Assembly: GCA_045636385.1 (NCBI GenBank)
Contig: JAZTXK010000068.1
Location: 3,248-67,247 of the forward strand
Origin: Eubacteriales bacterium
Lineage (GTDB): Bacteria > Bacillota > Clostridia > Oscillospirales > CAG-272
Direction of reading: 5' to 3'
DNA: 64,000 bases
The notes under the pieces are model-generated. The model had not been told where the DNA came from. It saw only the letters and a list, made by a program, of their open reading frames with translations, and did no database searches. Shown here piece after piece: positions 32,562 through 40,603 of this stretch (positions within the stretch are counted from its first letter, which is position 1; every line of letters begins with the position of its first letter). Made by a program: the position numbers and the translations under genes.

Positions 32562-34604
32562 ATGAAAAAGTTTTTAGCAATTCTTCTCATGCTCTCCATG
32601 CTTCTTACTGCTTTTGTAGCTTGTAAGGGCGGAGAGGGCGACGAGACCACGCTTGCTACTGAGGAAACTCAGGCTCCCGCAGGCGTATCCATTGACGATG
32701 CAGTAGAGTATCTTACCTCTATGTATAAGTCCGACGAGGGCAAGAAGACCCCCGCTGACTATCAGATCATCGCTCAGATCCCGATCGACGGCATCAAGTT
32801 CGAGGTAACCTGGACCGTTGACCTTGAGACCATCACTCTCACTCTTGAGAACGGTCTTTACACCGTAGACCTCCCCTCCAAGAACGAGGCAGAGGTTACC
32901 TACACCCTCACCGCAACCGTTAAGGATGAATCCGGCAACACTGTTGAGAAGTCCTTCACCCGCGTTCTTCCCGTTTACGACAACTCCGCAGCAGTTACCG
33001 AGCCCAAGGAAGGCGAGGCATACAAGCTCTTCATCGTTCAGGCTAACCTCGGTCAGACCCTTTTCCTCACCGGCGAGACCCAGAACAATGAGAACAAGTT
33101 CATTATGACCACCGAGACCCCCGCAGACGGTCTTGAGTTCATGATCGAAAAGGCAACCGGCGGCGTTAAGATCTACACCACTATAGGTGGCGTTAAGACC
33201 TACGTTTACGCTCACACCACCACCGCAGAGGACGGCAAGGTAAGCAAGTACGTTGGTTACAGCACCGAAAACTCCAGCATCTTCACCTACCACGCAGACG
33301 TTAACGCTTGGTTCACCAAGTGCGACAATATCGAATACGTATTCGGTACTTACAGCTCCTACGCAACCGCTTGTATCTCCGAGTCCACCTACATCAATGC
33401 CGAGAACACCGGTGTTTCGCAGTTCGTCGTTGCATTTATGTCGAAGGAAGCTGCAGATGCATTCGTTCCCTCCGAGACTCCCAAGGATCCCACCGAGCTT
33501 ACCTCGATCAAGGACATCCTTGCTATCGGCGAGAAGCTTGAGCACAACGCTAATACCGTTGAGAAGTACCTCGTTACCGGTACTGTAACCGAGATCAAGA
33601 ACGAGACCTACGGTAACCTCTACATCACCGACGCAGAGGGCAACACTCTCTACATCTACGGTCTCTACGACAAGGACGGCACCACCCGTTACGATGCTAT
33701 GGCAAACAAGCCCGCTGTCGGCGACACCATCACCGTAATCAGTATCATCTCGAACTACAACGGTCCTCAGCTCAAGAACGCGGTTATCAAGTCCCACGTT
33801 AAGGCTCCCACCACCGCTGACGGCTCCACCCCCATCGCGGACATTATCGCTATCGGTAACGGTCTTGCACACAACACCGCAACCACCGAGCAGTACACCG
33901 TTAAGGGTACTGTAACCGAGGTTAAGAACACCACCTACGGTAACTTCTACATCGTTGACGAAGCCGGCAACAGCCTCTACGTTTACGGCCTCTACGATGA
34001 GGCGGGTGCTCGTTACGATGCACTTGCAAACAAGCCCGAGGTCGGCGACTTCGTAGTTCTTTATTCCATCGTATCCAACTACAACGGTCCTCAGCTCAAG
34101 AACGCTGTTCTCAAGGAGCTCACCAAGGGTCAGGGCGCTCCCGAGACCACCGAGCCCGCTCCTGCGGTAACTCTCGAGGCTATCAAGCCCATTCTCGGTA
34201 ACGCATACGGCTTTGCATTCGTTCAGAAGAACGCAGGCAACAAGGTCCTCTACATCACCGGCGTGCTGGACGGCTACTATATGGCTACCACTACCGATGC
34301 GACCGCGGCTGCAAACGTTTTCGTTGAGGAGACCGCGGGCGGATACCACCTCTACTGCGTAGTCGGCGGTGTAAAGTTCTATATCAATATGGTAAAGAGC
34401 GGCACCTACGTAAACGCAAAGTTTGAGGAGACCGCATCCACCCTTTACACCTATGACGAGACTCTCAAGACCGTCAAGGCTGACGTTGAGGGCACCGCAT
34501 ACATCTTCGGCACCAAGGCAGACGGCACTTATGAGACCATCGGTCCCATGAAGGCTGATTCCGGCTGCTTCTACGCTCAGTTCGTAGCTCCCGACAAGAA
34601 GTAA
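32562..34604 (+). CDS. lipoprotein with two tandem OB-fold-like repeats
   Basis: Signal MKKFLAILLMLSMLLTAFVAC. Internal repeats YLVTGTVTEIKNETYGNLYITDAEGNTLYIYGLYD..IISNYNGPQLKNAV and YTVKGTVTEVKNTTYGNFYIVDEAGNSLYVYGLYD..IVSNYNGPQLKNAV. Confidence 0.7.
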   Translation: MKKFLAILLMLSMLLTAFVACKGGEGDETTLATEETQAPAGVSIDDAVEYLTSMYKSDEGKKTPADYQIIAQIPIDGIKFEVTWTVDLETITLTLENGLYTVDLPSKNEAEVTYTLTATVKDESGNTVEKSFTRVLPVYDNSAAVTEPKEGEAYKLFIVQANLGQTLFLTGETQNNENKFIMTTETPADGLEFMIEKATGGVKIYTTIGGVKTYVYAHTTTAEDGKVSKYVGYSTENSSIFTYHADVNAWFTKCDNIEYVFGTYSSYATACISESTYINAENTGVSQFVVAFMSKEAADAFVPSETPKDPTELTSIKDILAIGEKLEHNANTVEKYLVTGTVTEIKNETYGNLYITDAEGNTLYIYGLYDKDGTTRYDAMANKPAVGDTITVISIISNYNGPQLKNAVIKSHVKAPTTADGSTPIADIIAIGNGLAHNTATTEQYTVKGTVTEVKNTTYGNFYIVDEAGNSLYVYGLYDEAGARYDALANKPEVGDFVVLYSIVSNYNGPQLKNAVLKELTKGQGAPETTEPAPAVTLEAIKPILGNAYGFAFVQKNAGNKVLYITGVLDGYYMATTTDATAAANVFVEETAGGYHLYCVVGGVKFYINMVKSGTYVNAKFEETASTLYTYDETLKTVKADVEGTAYIFGTKADGTYETIGPMKADSGCFYAQFVAPDKK

Positions 34605-34618
34605 TTTCTATATTTATA

Positions 34619-34649
34619 GCGGCTCCGATATTTCGGAGCCGCATTTTTA
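34619..34649 (+). terminator. rho-independent terminator of the ABC/nuclease operon
   Basis: GCGGCTCCGA-TATT-TCGGAGCCGC followed by ATTTTTAT. Confidence 0.75.
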
Positions 34650-34651
34650 TA

Positions 34652-34680
34652 TTGACAAAACCGCGAAACTGTGCTATACT
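34652..34680 (+). promoter_or_regulatory. sigma-A-type promoter
   Basis: TTGACA (34652-34657), 17 nt, TGcTATACT (34672-34680). Confidence 0.6.
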
Positions 34681-34707
34681 TTATAAAAAACAAAAGGAAG
34701 AATTCCT

Positions 34708-35325
34708 ATGAAAACCGAAAATATAACAATAAACTGCCTCGGCGCGTCGAACACTCGTATTCTGATCGACAACGAGGGCATAAAGACCAAGGAAATCAAC
34801 TATCCCGTCCTGCTCGGACTTCGCTTGCGCTGTACTACACGCAATTACGGCGTAAGCGGCACGAATATCGCAAAGCAGGAGGGCAGAGAGGACAGCTACT
34901 TTGAGCGCGCACCGATGATGGAGCACGGCGCGGATATCATCATCGTCCAAGGCGGCGGCAACGACTGTAACCATTGCATTCCCCTCGGCGAGATTGATTC
35001 TACCGATCCTTATACCTATTGCGGCGCGCTTCGTTCGATTATCAGAATGATAAAGAGCGATTATCCCGAGTCGAAGCTCATCGTTTCTGATTCGATGCGT
35101 AAGAAGAAGGAGCCGCAGAAGCGCACGGATGATTTGAAGCATCTTGACTTCCATCTGGCTTTCGTTGAGGTCTGCCGAAGCGAGGGCATCGAGCCGCTGA
35201 ATTTCCACGACGACCCCGAGCTTGATCCCTTCAACCCCGAGAGCATGCCCGACGGCACGCACATGTCGGAAAAGGCGTGCAACCACATGGCGGACGTGTT
35301 TGCGGATTATATCCGAAATCTGTAA
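34708..35325 (+). CDS. SGNH/GDSL-type hydrolase
   Basis: 205 aa. Block I CLGASNT, block III VQGGGND, block V PDGTHMS. Confidence 0.8.
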   Translation: MKTENITINCLGASNTRILIDNEGIKTKEINYPVLLGLRLRCTTRNYGVSGTNIAKQEGREDSYFERAPMMEHGADIIIVQGGGNDCNHCIPLGEIDSTDPYTYCGALRSIIRMIKSDYPESKLIVSDSMRKKKEPQKRTDDLKHLDFHLAFVEVCRSEGIEPLNFHDDPELDPFNPESMPDGTHMSEKACNHMADVFADYIRNL

Positions 35326-35336
35326 AACACAAAAGA

Positions 35337-35462
35337 CGGAAAGTTTTCGTCCACCTTTTTCAAAAGGTGGCGCCGTCAAGGGCGCGTAGCCCTTGACGCC
35401 CTCCACAGAGGGCGGAATTCTCCCCTGTGCTTCAAACAGACGGCGCCCCGCCGGCTGTTTGG
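35337..35462 (+). repeat. 126-nt mosaic hairpin element (four modules)
   Basis: Starts 12 nt after the stop. Modules: CGGAAAGTTTTCGT-CCACCTTTT-TC-AAAAGGTGG, GCGTCAAGGGC..GCCCTTGACGC, CGCCCTC-CACA-GAGGGCG, CAAACAG..CTGTTTG. An inverted diverged copy lies at 36158..36282. The first module recurs at 60394..60429. Confidence 0.8.
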
Positions 35463-35466
35463 AATT

Positions 35467-35497
35467 AGTAAAAGCTCCCCGATGGGGAGCTTTTACT
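35467..35497. terminator. bidirectional hairpin terminator
   Basis: AGTAAAAGCTCCCC-GAT-GGGGAGCTTTTACT, ending 4 nt from the stop of the 35501..36025 gene. Confidence 0.6.
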
Positions 35498-35500
35498 AAT

Positions 35501-36025
35501 TTACTTCTTAAATTTCCGCACTGTAATCACAATAAGTCTAACCGCCCCGCACACAGCGAAAATATACATAAATATTCCGAGGCACAAAAAGCCGATATTG
35601 GCATAATTGAGATCATCTTGAACCTCATCAAAATCAAGAATGCTCTCACCGTTAACTTCAAGCGATAGGATGGTATCAGAGTTCGGATGAATCAGCATAT
35701 TCAGCTTCGTTCCCTTTTCAAGAGTGTCAAGATAATCGAGGATATCATAGGTAACGCAATGCGCGTCGATACTGTATATTTCACCATTGGAACAATGGAT
35801 GCTTACTGCATGCGAATCGGGGCGGATAAGTCTTTGAGTGTGGTATGAGTATTCTGTTTGAACGCATATCGCTGAATCGCGGTTGATAGGTGCCTTCAAA
35901 TATTGCTGTCCGAAGGTGAACACAGAGCCGAGTATTACTCCAACAATGAGGAATAAAATCGCCTGTTCAAGTGTCATTTTCTTTCTGAATAGTTTTTTGA
36001 ATAATTTATTTCGCTTCATTTTCAT
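35501..36025 (-). CDS. membrane protein, function unknown (lower GC)
   Basis: 174 aa. Basic N-terminus, a TM helix, a soluble domain and a C-terminal TM helix. Bracketed by the inverted mosaic repeats. Confidence 0.65.
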   Translation of the reverse strand: MKMKRNKLFKKLFRKKMTLEQAILFLIVGVILGSVFTFGQQYLKAPINRDSAICVQTEYSYHTQRLIRPDSHAVSIHCSNGEIYSIDAHCVTYDILDYLDTLEKGTKLNMLIHPNSDTILSLEVNGESILDFDEVQDDLNYANIGFLCLGIFMYIFAVCGAVRLIVITVRKFKK

Positions 36026-36084
36026 TACCGTTTTTATTTTATTATAACATAAAAACTTGTTTTTTCAAGATGATTTTTTGTGCG

Positions 36085-36441
36085 GTGTTGCGCGCTCTGC
36101 GGAGCGCGCGGGGTGAAGGAGCGAAATCCTCCCGCTTGCGGGAGGATTTCGCTCCTTCCAAACGGTCGGCGGGGCGCCGCCCGCTTGAAGCACGGAGGGA
36201 GTTTCGCGCTCTGCGGAGCGCGACTTAAGGCTCTGCCTTAAGAATTCGCAACCTTTTAAAAAAGGTTGACCAAAACTTCCCGCTGCTGTTGACTTTTGTT
36301 AAAATGAAAATTTTCGAGCGCAGCGAGAAAGTATTTGCCTACGGCAAATTTCGACTTTGTCTCGGCGGCTAAACACCGCCGTTTTCCTTCGGAAAAACGC
36401 CAAAGCCGTTTTCACACCTCTGCCCTCTAACCTCTGCCCTC
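36085..36441 (-). repeat. composite structured repeat region downstream of tyrS
   Basis: Contains CGCGCTC-TGCG-GAGCGCG twice (36091.., 36205..), a 20-bp-stem hairpin at 36115..36158, the inverted mosaic copy at 36158..36282, further mini-hairpins, and GAGGGCAGAGG x2 (minus strand, 36441..36417). Confidence 0.75.
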
Positions 36442-36476
36442 AAAAAACACGGCAATCATCAAGACTGCCGTGTTTT
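36442..36476 (-). terminator. rho-independent terminator of tyrS
   Basis: Minus strand: AAAACACGGCA-GTCTTGATGAT-TGCCGTGTTTT followed by TTG. Confidence 0.7.
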
Positions 36477-36483
36477 ATCTTAT

Positions 36484-37704
36484 TTAGTTCAGAACTACCT
36501 TCTTAAACGCCTTCTTGCCTCTGCGGACAACGATGCCGCCCTTGAGTGTTTCTGCTGTGTAGGTCGCCTTGATATCGGTGACCTTCTCGCCCTCAACGGT
36601 TACACCGCCCTGCTCAACTGCACGGCGTGCCTCGGACTTCGAGGGAACGAGTCCTGCCTTGAGGAGGATGGAGAGAATGTCGATCGCGCCGTCGATGAGA
36701 TCGGTCTCTGCAAGCTCTGCGGTGGGAATGTCGGCGTCAGCGCCCGCGCCGAAGAGTGCCTTCGCGCTTGCCTGAGCCTTGTTTGCTTCCTCTTCGCCGT
36801 GAACAAGCTTGGTGAGCTCGTATGCGAGGATCTCCTTCGCTGTGTTGAGCTGGCTGCCCTCCCAAGAATCCATAGCCTCGATCTGCTCCATGGGAAGGAA
36901 GGTGAGCATACGGATGCACTTGAGAACGTCAGCGTCCTCAACGTTTCTCCAATACTGATAGAAATCGTAGGGAGTGGTCTTCGCGGGGTCAAGCCAAACT
37001 GCGCCCGAAGCGGTCTTACCCATCTTCTTGCCCTCGGAGTTGAGGAGAAGGGTGATGGTCATAGCGTGCGCGTCCTTGCCAAGCTTACGTCTGATAAGCT
37101 CGGTGCCGCCGAGCATATTCGACCACTGGTCGTTGCCGCCGAACTGCATATTGCAGCCGTACTTCTGATAGAGATAGTAGAAGTCGTAGGACTGCATGAT
37201 CATATAGTTGAACTCAAGGAAGGAAAGTCCCTTTTCCATTCTCTGCTTGTAGCACTCTGCGCGGAGCATATTGTTTACAGAGAAGCATGCACCAACCTCG
37301 CGGAGGACTTCAACGTAGTTGAGGTCGAGAAGCCAATCTGCGTTGTTGACCATAATTGCCTTGCCTTCTCCGAACTCGATGAATCTTTCCATCTGCTTCT
37401 TGAAGCAATCGCAGTTGTGCTGAATGGTCTCGCGGGTCATCATGGAACGCATATCGGTACGTCCCGAGGGGTCGCCGATCATTGCGGTTCCGCCGCCGAT
37501 GAGAACGACGGGCTTGTTGCCTGCCATCTGGAGTCTCTTCATAAGGCAGAGCGCCATGAAGTGACCGACGTGGAGTGAGTCTGCGGTGGGGTCAAAGCCG
37601 ATGTAGAAGGTGGCTTTGCCGTTGTTGATCATATCGCTGATGTGCGCCTCGTCGGTAACCTGAGCTACAAGACCGCGCGCGATAAGTTCTTCATAAAGTG
37701 TCAT
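36484..37704 (-). CDS. tyrS: tyrosine--tRNA ligase
   Basis: 406 aa. HIGH-type motif SLHVGHF, KMSKS-type KMGKT, and a C-terminal S4-like domain. Confidence 0.97.
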   Translation of the reverse strand: MTLYEELIARGLVAQVTDEAHISDMINNGKATFYIGFDPTADSLHVGHFMALCLMKRLQMAGNKPVVLIGGGTAMIGDPSGRTDMRSMMTRETIQHNCDCFKKQMERFIEFGEGKAIMVNNADWLLDLNYVEVLREVGACFSVNNMLRAECYKQRMEKGLSFLEFNYMIMQSYDFYYLYQKYGCNMQFGGNDQWSNMLGGTELIRRKLGKDAHAMTITLLLNSEGKKMGKTASGAVWLDPAKTTPYDFYQYWRNVEDADVLKCIRMLTFLPMEQIEAMDSWEGSQLNTAKEILAYELTKLVHGEEEANKAQASAKALFGAGADADIPTAELAETDLIDGAIDILSILLKAGLVPSKSEARRAVEQGGVTVEGEKVTDIKATYTAETLKGGIVVRRGKKAFKKVVLN

Positions 37705-37748
37705 TTTTCTTTATCCTTTGCGAAAATTAGATTTTGATATACCTAATT

Positions 37749-37777
37749 ATTATAAACTAAAATGAAGCGTTTGTCAA
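37749..37777 (-). promoter_or_regulatory. sigma-A-type promoter of tyrS (short leader, no T-box)
   Basis: Minus strand: TTGACA (37777-37772), 17 nt, TATAAT (37754-37749). Only about 45 nt to the start codon. Confidence 0.6.
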
Positions 37778-37795
37778 TCCTTTTTGCAAAATAAC

Positions 37796-37826
37796 TTAAA
37801 AAGCAGACCCGAAGGTCTGCTTTTTG
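37796..37826. terminator. bidirectional terminator
   Basis: AAAAAGCAGACC-CGAA-GGTCTGCTTTTT. Confidence 0.7.
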
Positions 37827-37841
37827 TTAAGTAAAATGCTA

Positions 37842-39338
37842 TTAACCGAGCTGTTCGATAGCCTTATTGATATCGGTGAGCTTTCTGTTGAAGAGCTTGG
37901 AATTAGCCTTTTCGAGCGAACCCCAAGAGCCTGCCTGGTTGTTGTTCATTGCGCTACGGAAGAGGCTGTAGGAGAGGTTATCAAGACGGTTGGTGAGAAG
38001 TCTGCCAAGGTCGATGACAACGGTCTCGCGGATGAGGTCGAACATGAAGGAGTCGTCACTCTGGTCAGCGTATCTGAGCTTCATAGCTTCCTCGAAGAGT
38101 GCGGGAGTGATCTGGAGGTAGCTCTGGTATGCCATAAGCTCGAGGGTAGCAGCTGCTGCCTCGGGATGAGTGGAAGCGGTGGAGAGCACGTAGGTGGTGA
38201 AGGGGAATGCCATGCAGGTGTAATATTCTTCCTGCTCAGCATCGTACTTCGGAACGGGAAGGATACCGTAGGAGAAGGAGGTAGCGGTCAGCTTCTTGTT
38301 GGTGATCTGTGCACGGTTGATGTCAAAGAGAGCCTCGCCTGCTGCAAAGATATCCTGGTCAGCGCTAAGGAAGCAGTCACCCGAGTCATGAAGGAAGGGG
38401 CACAGCTTGGTGAGAAGGTTCTGAGTCTTCTCAGAGAAGAGGTCGTCGGAAAGCTTGACGGTTCCGTCTTCAGCGGGAATTACGGTGAAGAGGTTGGAGC
38501 TGGTATAGAAAGCGTCGAAGTGGATGTTGCTGGTAACGAAGCCGAAGCGGTCGCCCTGGTTGGGAGTAGCGTCGCCGTTCTGGTCAACGTAAACACCGCT
38601 TGCGAGCTCGATGAACTTATCTACAGTCCATTCGCCATTGTCAACTGCCTCGTAGAGGGTCTTGGATTCGAGCTGGGTGATGTCGGTGTAGAGGTCCTTG
38701 TTGAATACGCAGAGGTACATCATGTAAAGGAAGTTGGTCGAGATATCACCGGATGCGAAGTAAACGCCGTCCTTGATGGTTGCCTTACCGATAAGGGAAG
38801 CGGGCCACCAGGGCTTATCGAACTCGATGATCTCATACTGGGTGAGGTCCTGTGCGATACCCTGGCACATAAGGGTTGCGCCGGACATCGAGTAGCCTGC
38901 GAAGAAGTCGTGAGCGTCAGCGCCTGCCTGGGTGCTGTTTACACACTGGTTAACGAATGCAGACTGATTGTTGAAGTTACCGGGGGTGCCGGTGAACTCG
39001 AGGGTTACGCCGAACTGCTCCTCAACCTTTGCGTTACGGTTGTAGATAGCGTCGTTTACAGCCTCGCCGTTCTGGTCTTCAACGAAGAACTCGGGGTTCT
39101 CAACGTCTTCCCAGTAAAGGAACTTGATGGTCTCGCCGTCGAATTTAAGATCTGCGGGAATGTCGGAGAGAGCGAACATAGTCTCTTCTGCTTCGGTGGT
39201 GACATCGAGAGCGGGAGCCTCGGTGTTAGCCGCCTCGGTAGTCACGTCGGGACCGTTAGTCTCGGCGCAAGAGAGCACGGTGGGGAGCATCATTGCAATG
39301 ATAAGAATCGCAACAAGGATGCGGGAAATGTGTTTCAT
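37842..39338 (-). CDS. extracellular solute-binding lipoprotein (large family-1 type), no adjacent permeases
   Basis: ATG 39338 follows GGAGGA; the track ORF extends to 39413. Signal MKHISRILVAILIIAMMLPTVLSC. Confidence 0.8.
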   Translation of the reverse strand: MKHISRILVAILIIAMMLPTVLSCAETNGPDVTTEAANTEAPALDVTTEAEETMFALSDIPADLKFDGETIKFLYWEDVENPEFFVEDQNGEAVNDAIYNRNAKVEEQFGVTLEFTGTPGNFNNQSAFVNQCVNSTQAGADAHDFFAGYSMSGATLMCQGIAQDLTQYEIIEFDKPWWPASLIGKATIKDGVYFASGDISTNFLYMMYLCVFNKDLYTDITQLESKTLYEAVDNGEWTVDKFIELASGVYVDQNGDATPNQGDRFGFVTSNIHFDAFYTSSNLFTVIPAEDGTVKLSDDLFSEKTQNLLTKLCPFLHDSGDCFLSADQDIFAAGEALFDINRAQITNKKLTATSFSYGILPVPKYDAEQEEYYTCMAFPFTTYVLSTASTHPEAAAATLELMAYQSYLQITPALFEEAMKLRYADQSDDSFMFDLIRETVVIDLGRLLTNRLDNLSYSLFRSAMNNNQAGSWGSLEKANSKLFNRKLTDINKAIEQLG

Positions 39339-39473
39339 GGGATTCCTCCAAATGTATTTTTCTATTTTTAATAGAGATAAATATATTATATAATAAATTT
39401 TTCCTTTTGTCAATCTTTTTTCTCGAATTTCAGCAAAAATTCGGCGGCTTTCCTTAGAAAACCGCCGAAAAAA

Positions 39474-40403
39474 TTATTTGCTTTCGATCAGATCGACCCA
39501 ATAATGTCCGATATCGGAAATGAGCTTGAGCGCGGAGGTATGCGCAGGCTTCGGATAAGCCGAGAAGATACGGAAGGTCTCGAATGCGAGGGTGCCCTCG
39601 AAGCCGATCTCCTTGATGCCCTCGACGAAGCGTGCCCAGTCGCAAACGTGGAACTTGCCGCTGGTGAGGTAGGAATAGGGGATCATATGCAGGTCGTCGT
39701 GCGCGTTGTTATCGTGGATGTGGAAGATGGTCAGACGCTTGCCCATGATCTTCATATAATTCTTGAGATCAAGGTGGCAGAGATTTGCGTGACCGATGTC
39801 AAAGCAGAAGCCGAAGTAGTCGCCGCCTGCCTCCTCGTTGAGAGTGTCGATCATTCTTGCGGCATCATAGGGGTTGGAAAGTCTCGCCTCGACGAAGTGA
39901 GAGCCGTATTTGCCGAAGATGTTTTCGGTGCAGATCTTAACGCCCTTGTATTTCTTGATGTAGGGGATGAGGCTGCGGTAGAATTTGAGGTTTTCCTCCC
40001 ATTCGGCATCTCTTTCGGAAAGGATGGTGGGATGAACGACGACCGCGGGGCAATTTATGTATTCCGCAACTGCAAAGCACTTGTCAAGCGCCATAACGAT
40101 ATGCGCGTTGAGCTCGTCCTTGCCGGGATACCAGCACGGGAAGGGAGCGTGCATCTGCGATACCTCAACACCCGTAGCCTCGCTTGCGTCCTTGAGGGGC
40201 TTGACCCATTCGAGGATCTCCTCGATGGACTTGTCAAAGAGAGTGGGAGTGATAACTCCGTCCTTTGCCATAGGATCGGGTCTCATATAGATGTCAATAT
40301 TGTAGTCAACGGCTTCAAAGCCGCAGGACTTGATGTATTCAAAAGATGCGAGGGCGTTGTCGTGATCGTACCAACCGCCTGTCTGTACGCCAATTTTAAG
40401 CAT
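39474..40403 (-). CDS. sugar phosphate isomerase/epimerase (xylose isomerase-like TIM barrel)
   Basis: ATG 40403 (MLKIGVQTGGW) follows GGAGG. Blocks VVHP, CTENIF, FCFDIGHANL, FHIHDN. Confidence 0.85.
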   Translation of the reverse strand: MLKIGVQTGGWYDHDNALASFEYIKSCGFEAVDYNIDIYMRPDPMAKDGVITPTLFDKSIEEILEWVKPLKDASEATGVEVSQMHAPFPCWYPGKDELNAHIVMALDKCFAVAEYINCPAVVVHPTILSERDAEWEENLKFYRSLIPYIKKYKGVKICTENIFGKYGSHFVEARLSNPYDAARMIDTLNEEAGGDYFGFCFDIGHANLCHLDLKNYMKIMGKRLTIFHIHDNNAHDDLHMIPYSYLTSGKFHVCDWARFVEGIKEIGFEGTLAFETFRIFSAYPKPAHTSALKLISDIGHYWVDLIESK

Positions 40404-40449
40404 TTTTATTTCCTCCAAAGTTAAAATGTTTATAATTATAATAAATATA

Positions 40450-40602
40450 ATAAAATTCGTTTTTTTGACGGCTTTGCCGGCGAAAAAACACCTTTAAGAC
40501 GAGCTAAGCGAGTCCGCGCGCCGAGGGGAGCAGCAAAAATTGAAAATTTTTGCGTGCGGCGATAAGCGCGCGTTTCACTTGTAAAACGCAGTTTTACAAG
40601 TG
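40450..40602 (-). repeat. 153-nt mosaic hairpin element, copy 1
   Basis: Collinear with 63445..63597 and about three-quarters identical by eye. Begins (minus strand) 1 nt after the stop at 40604 with the palindrome CACTTGTAAAACTGCGTTTTACAAGTG. Later modules include GCAAAAATT-GAA-AATTTTTGC. Confidence 0.85.
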
Positions 40603-40603
40603 C

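Noticed and set aside
32574-34349. 591-aa minus-strand ORF, together with 29657..31312 (-), 18971..20485 (-) and 37824..39371 (+).
   Set aside because: All are Gly/Val/Leu-rich mirror ORFs opposite lipoprotein or binding-protein genes that have proper SD sites, signal peptides and domain motifs.
35337-36282. Composite transposon or IS element, suggested by the inverted repeats around a gene.
   Set aside because: No transposase, and no target-site duplication visible by eye. Each repeat copy also obeys the rule of lying 3' of a gene in that gene's orientation, as seen elsewhere. Reported as an open question, not as a mobile element.
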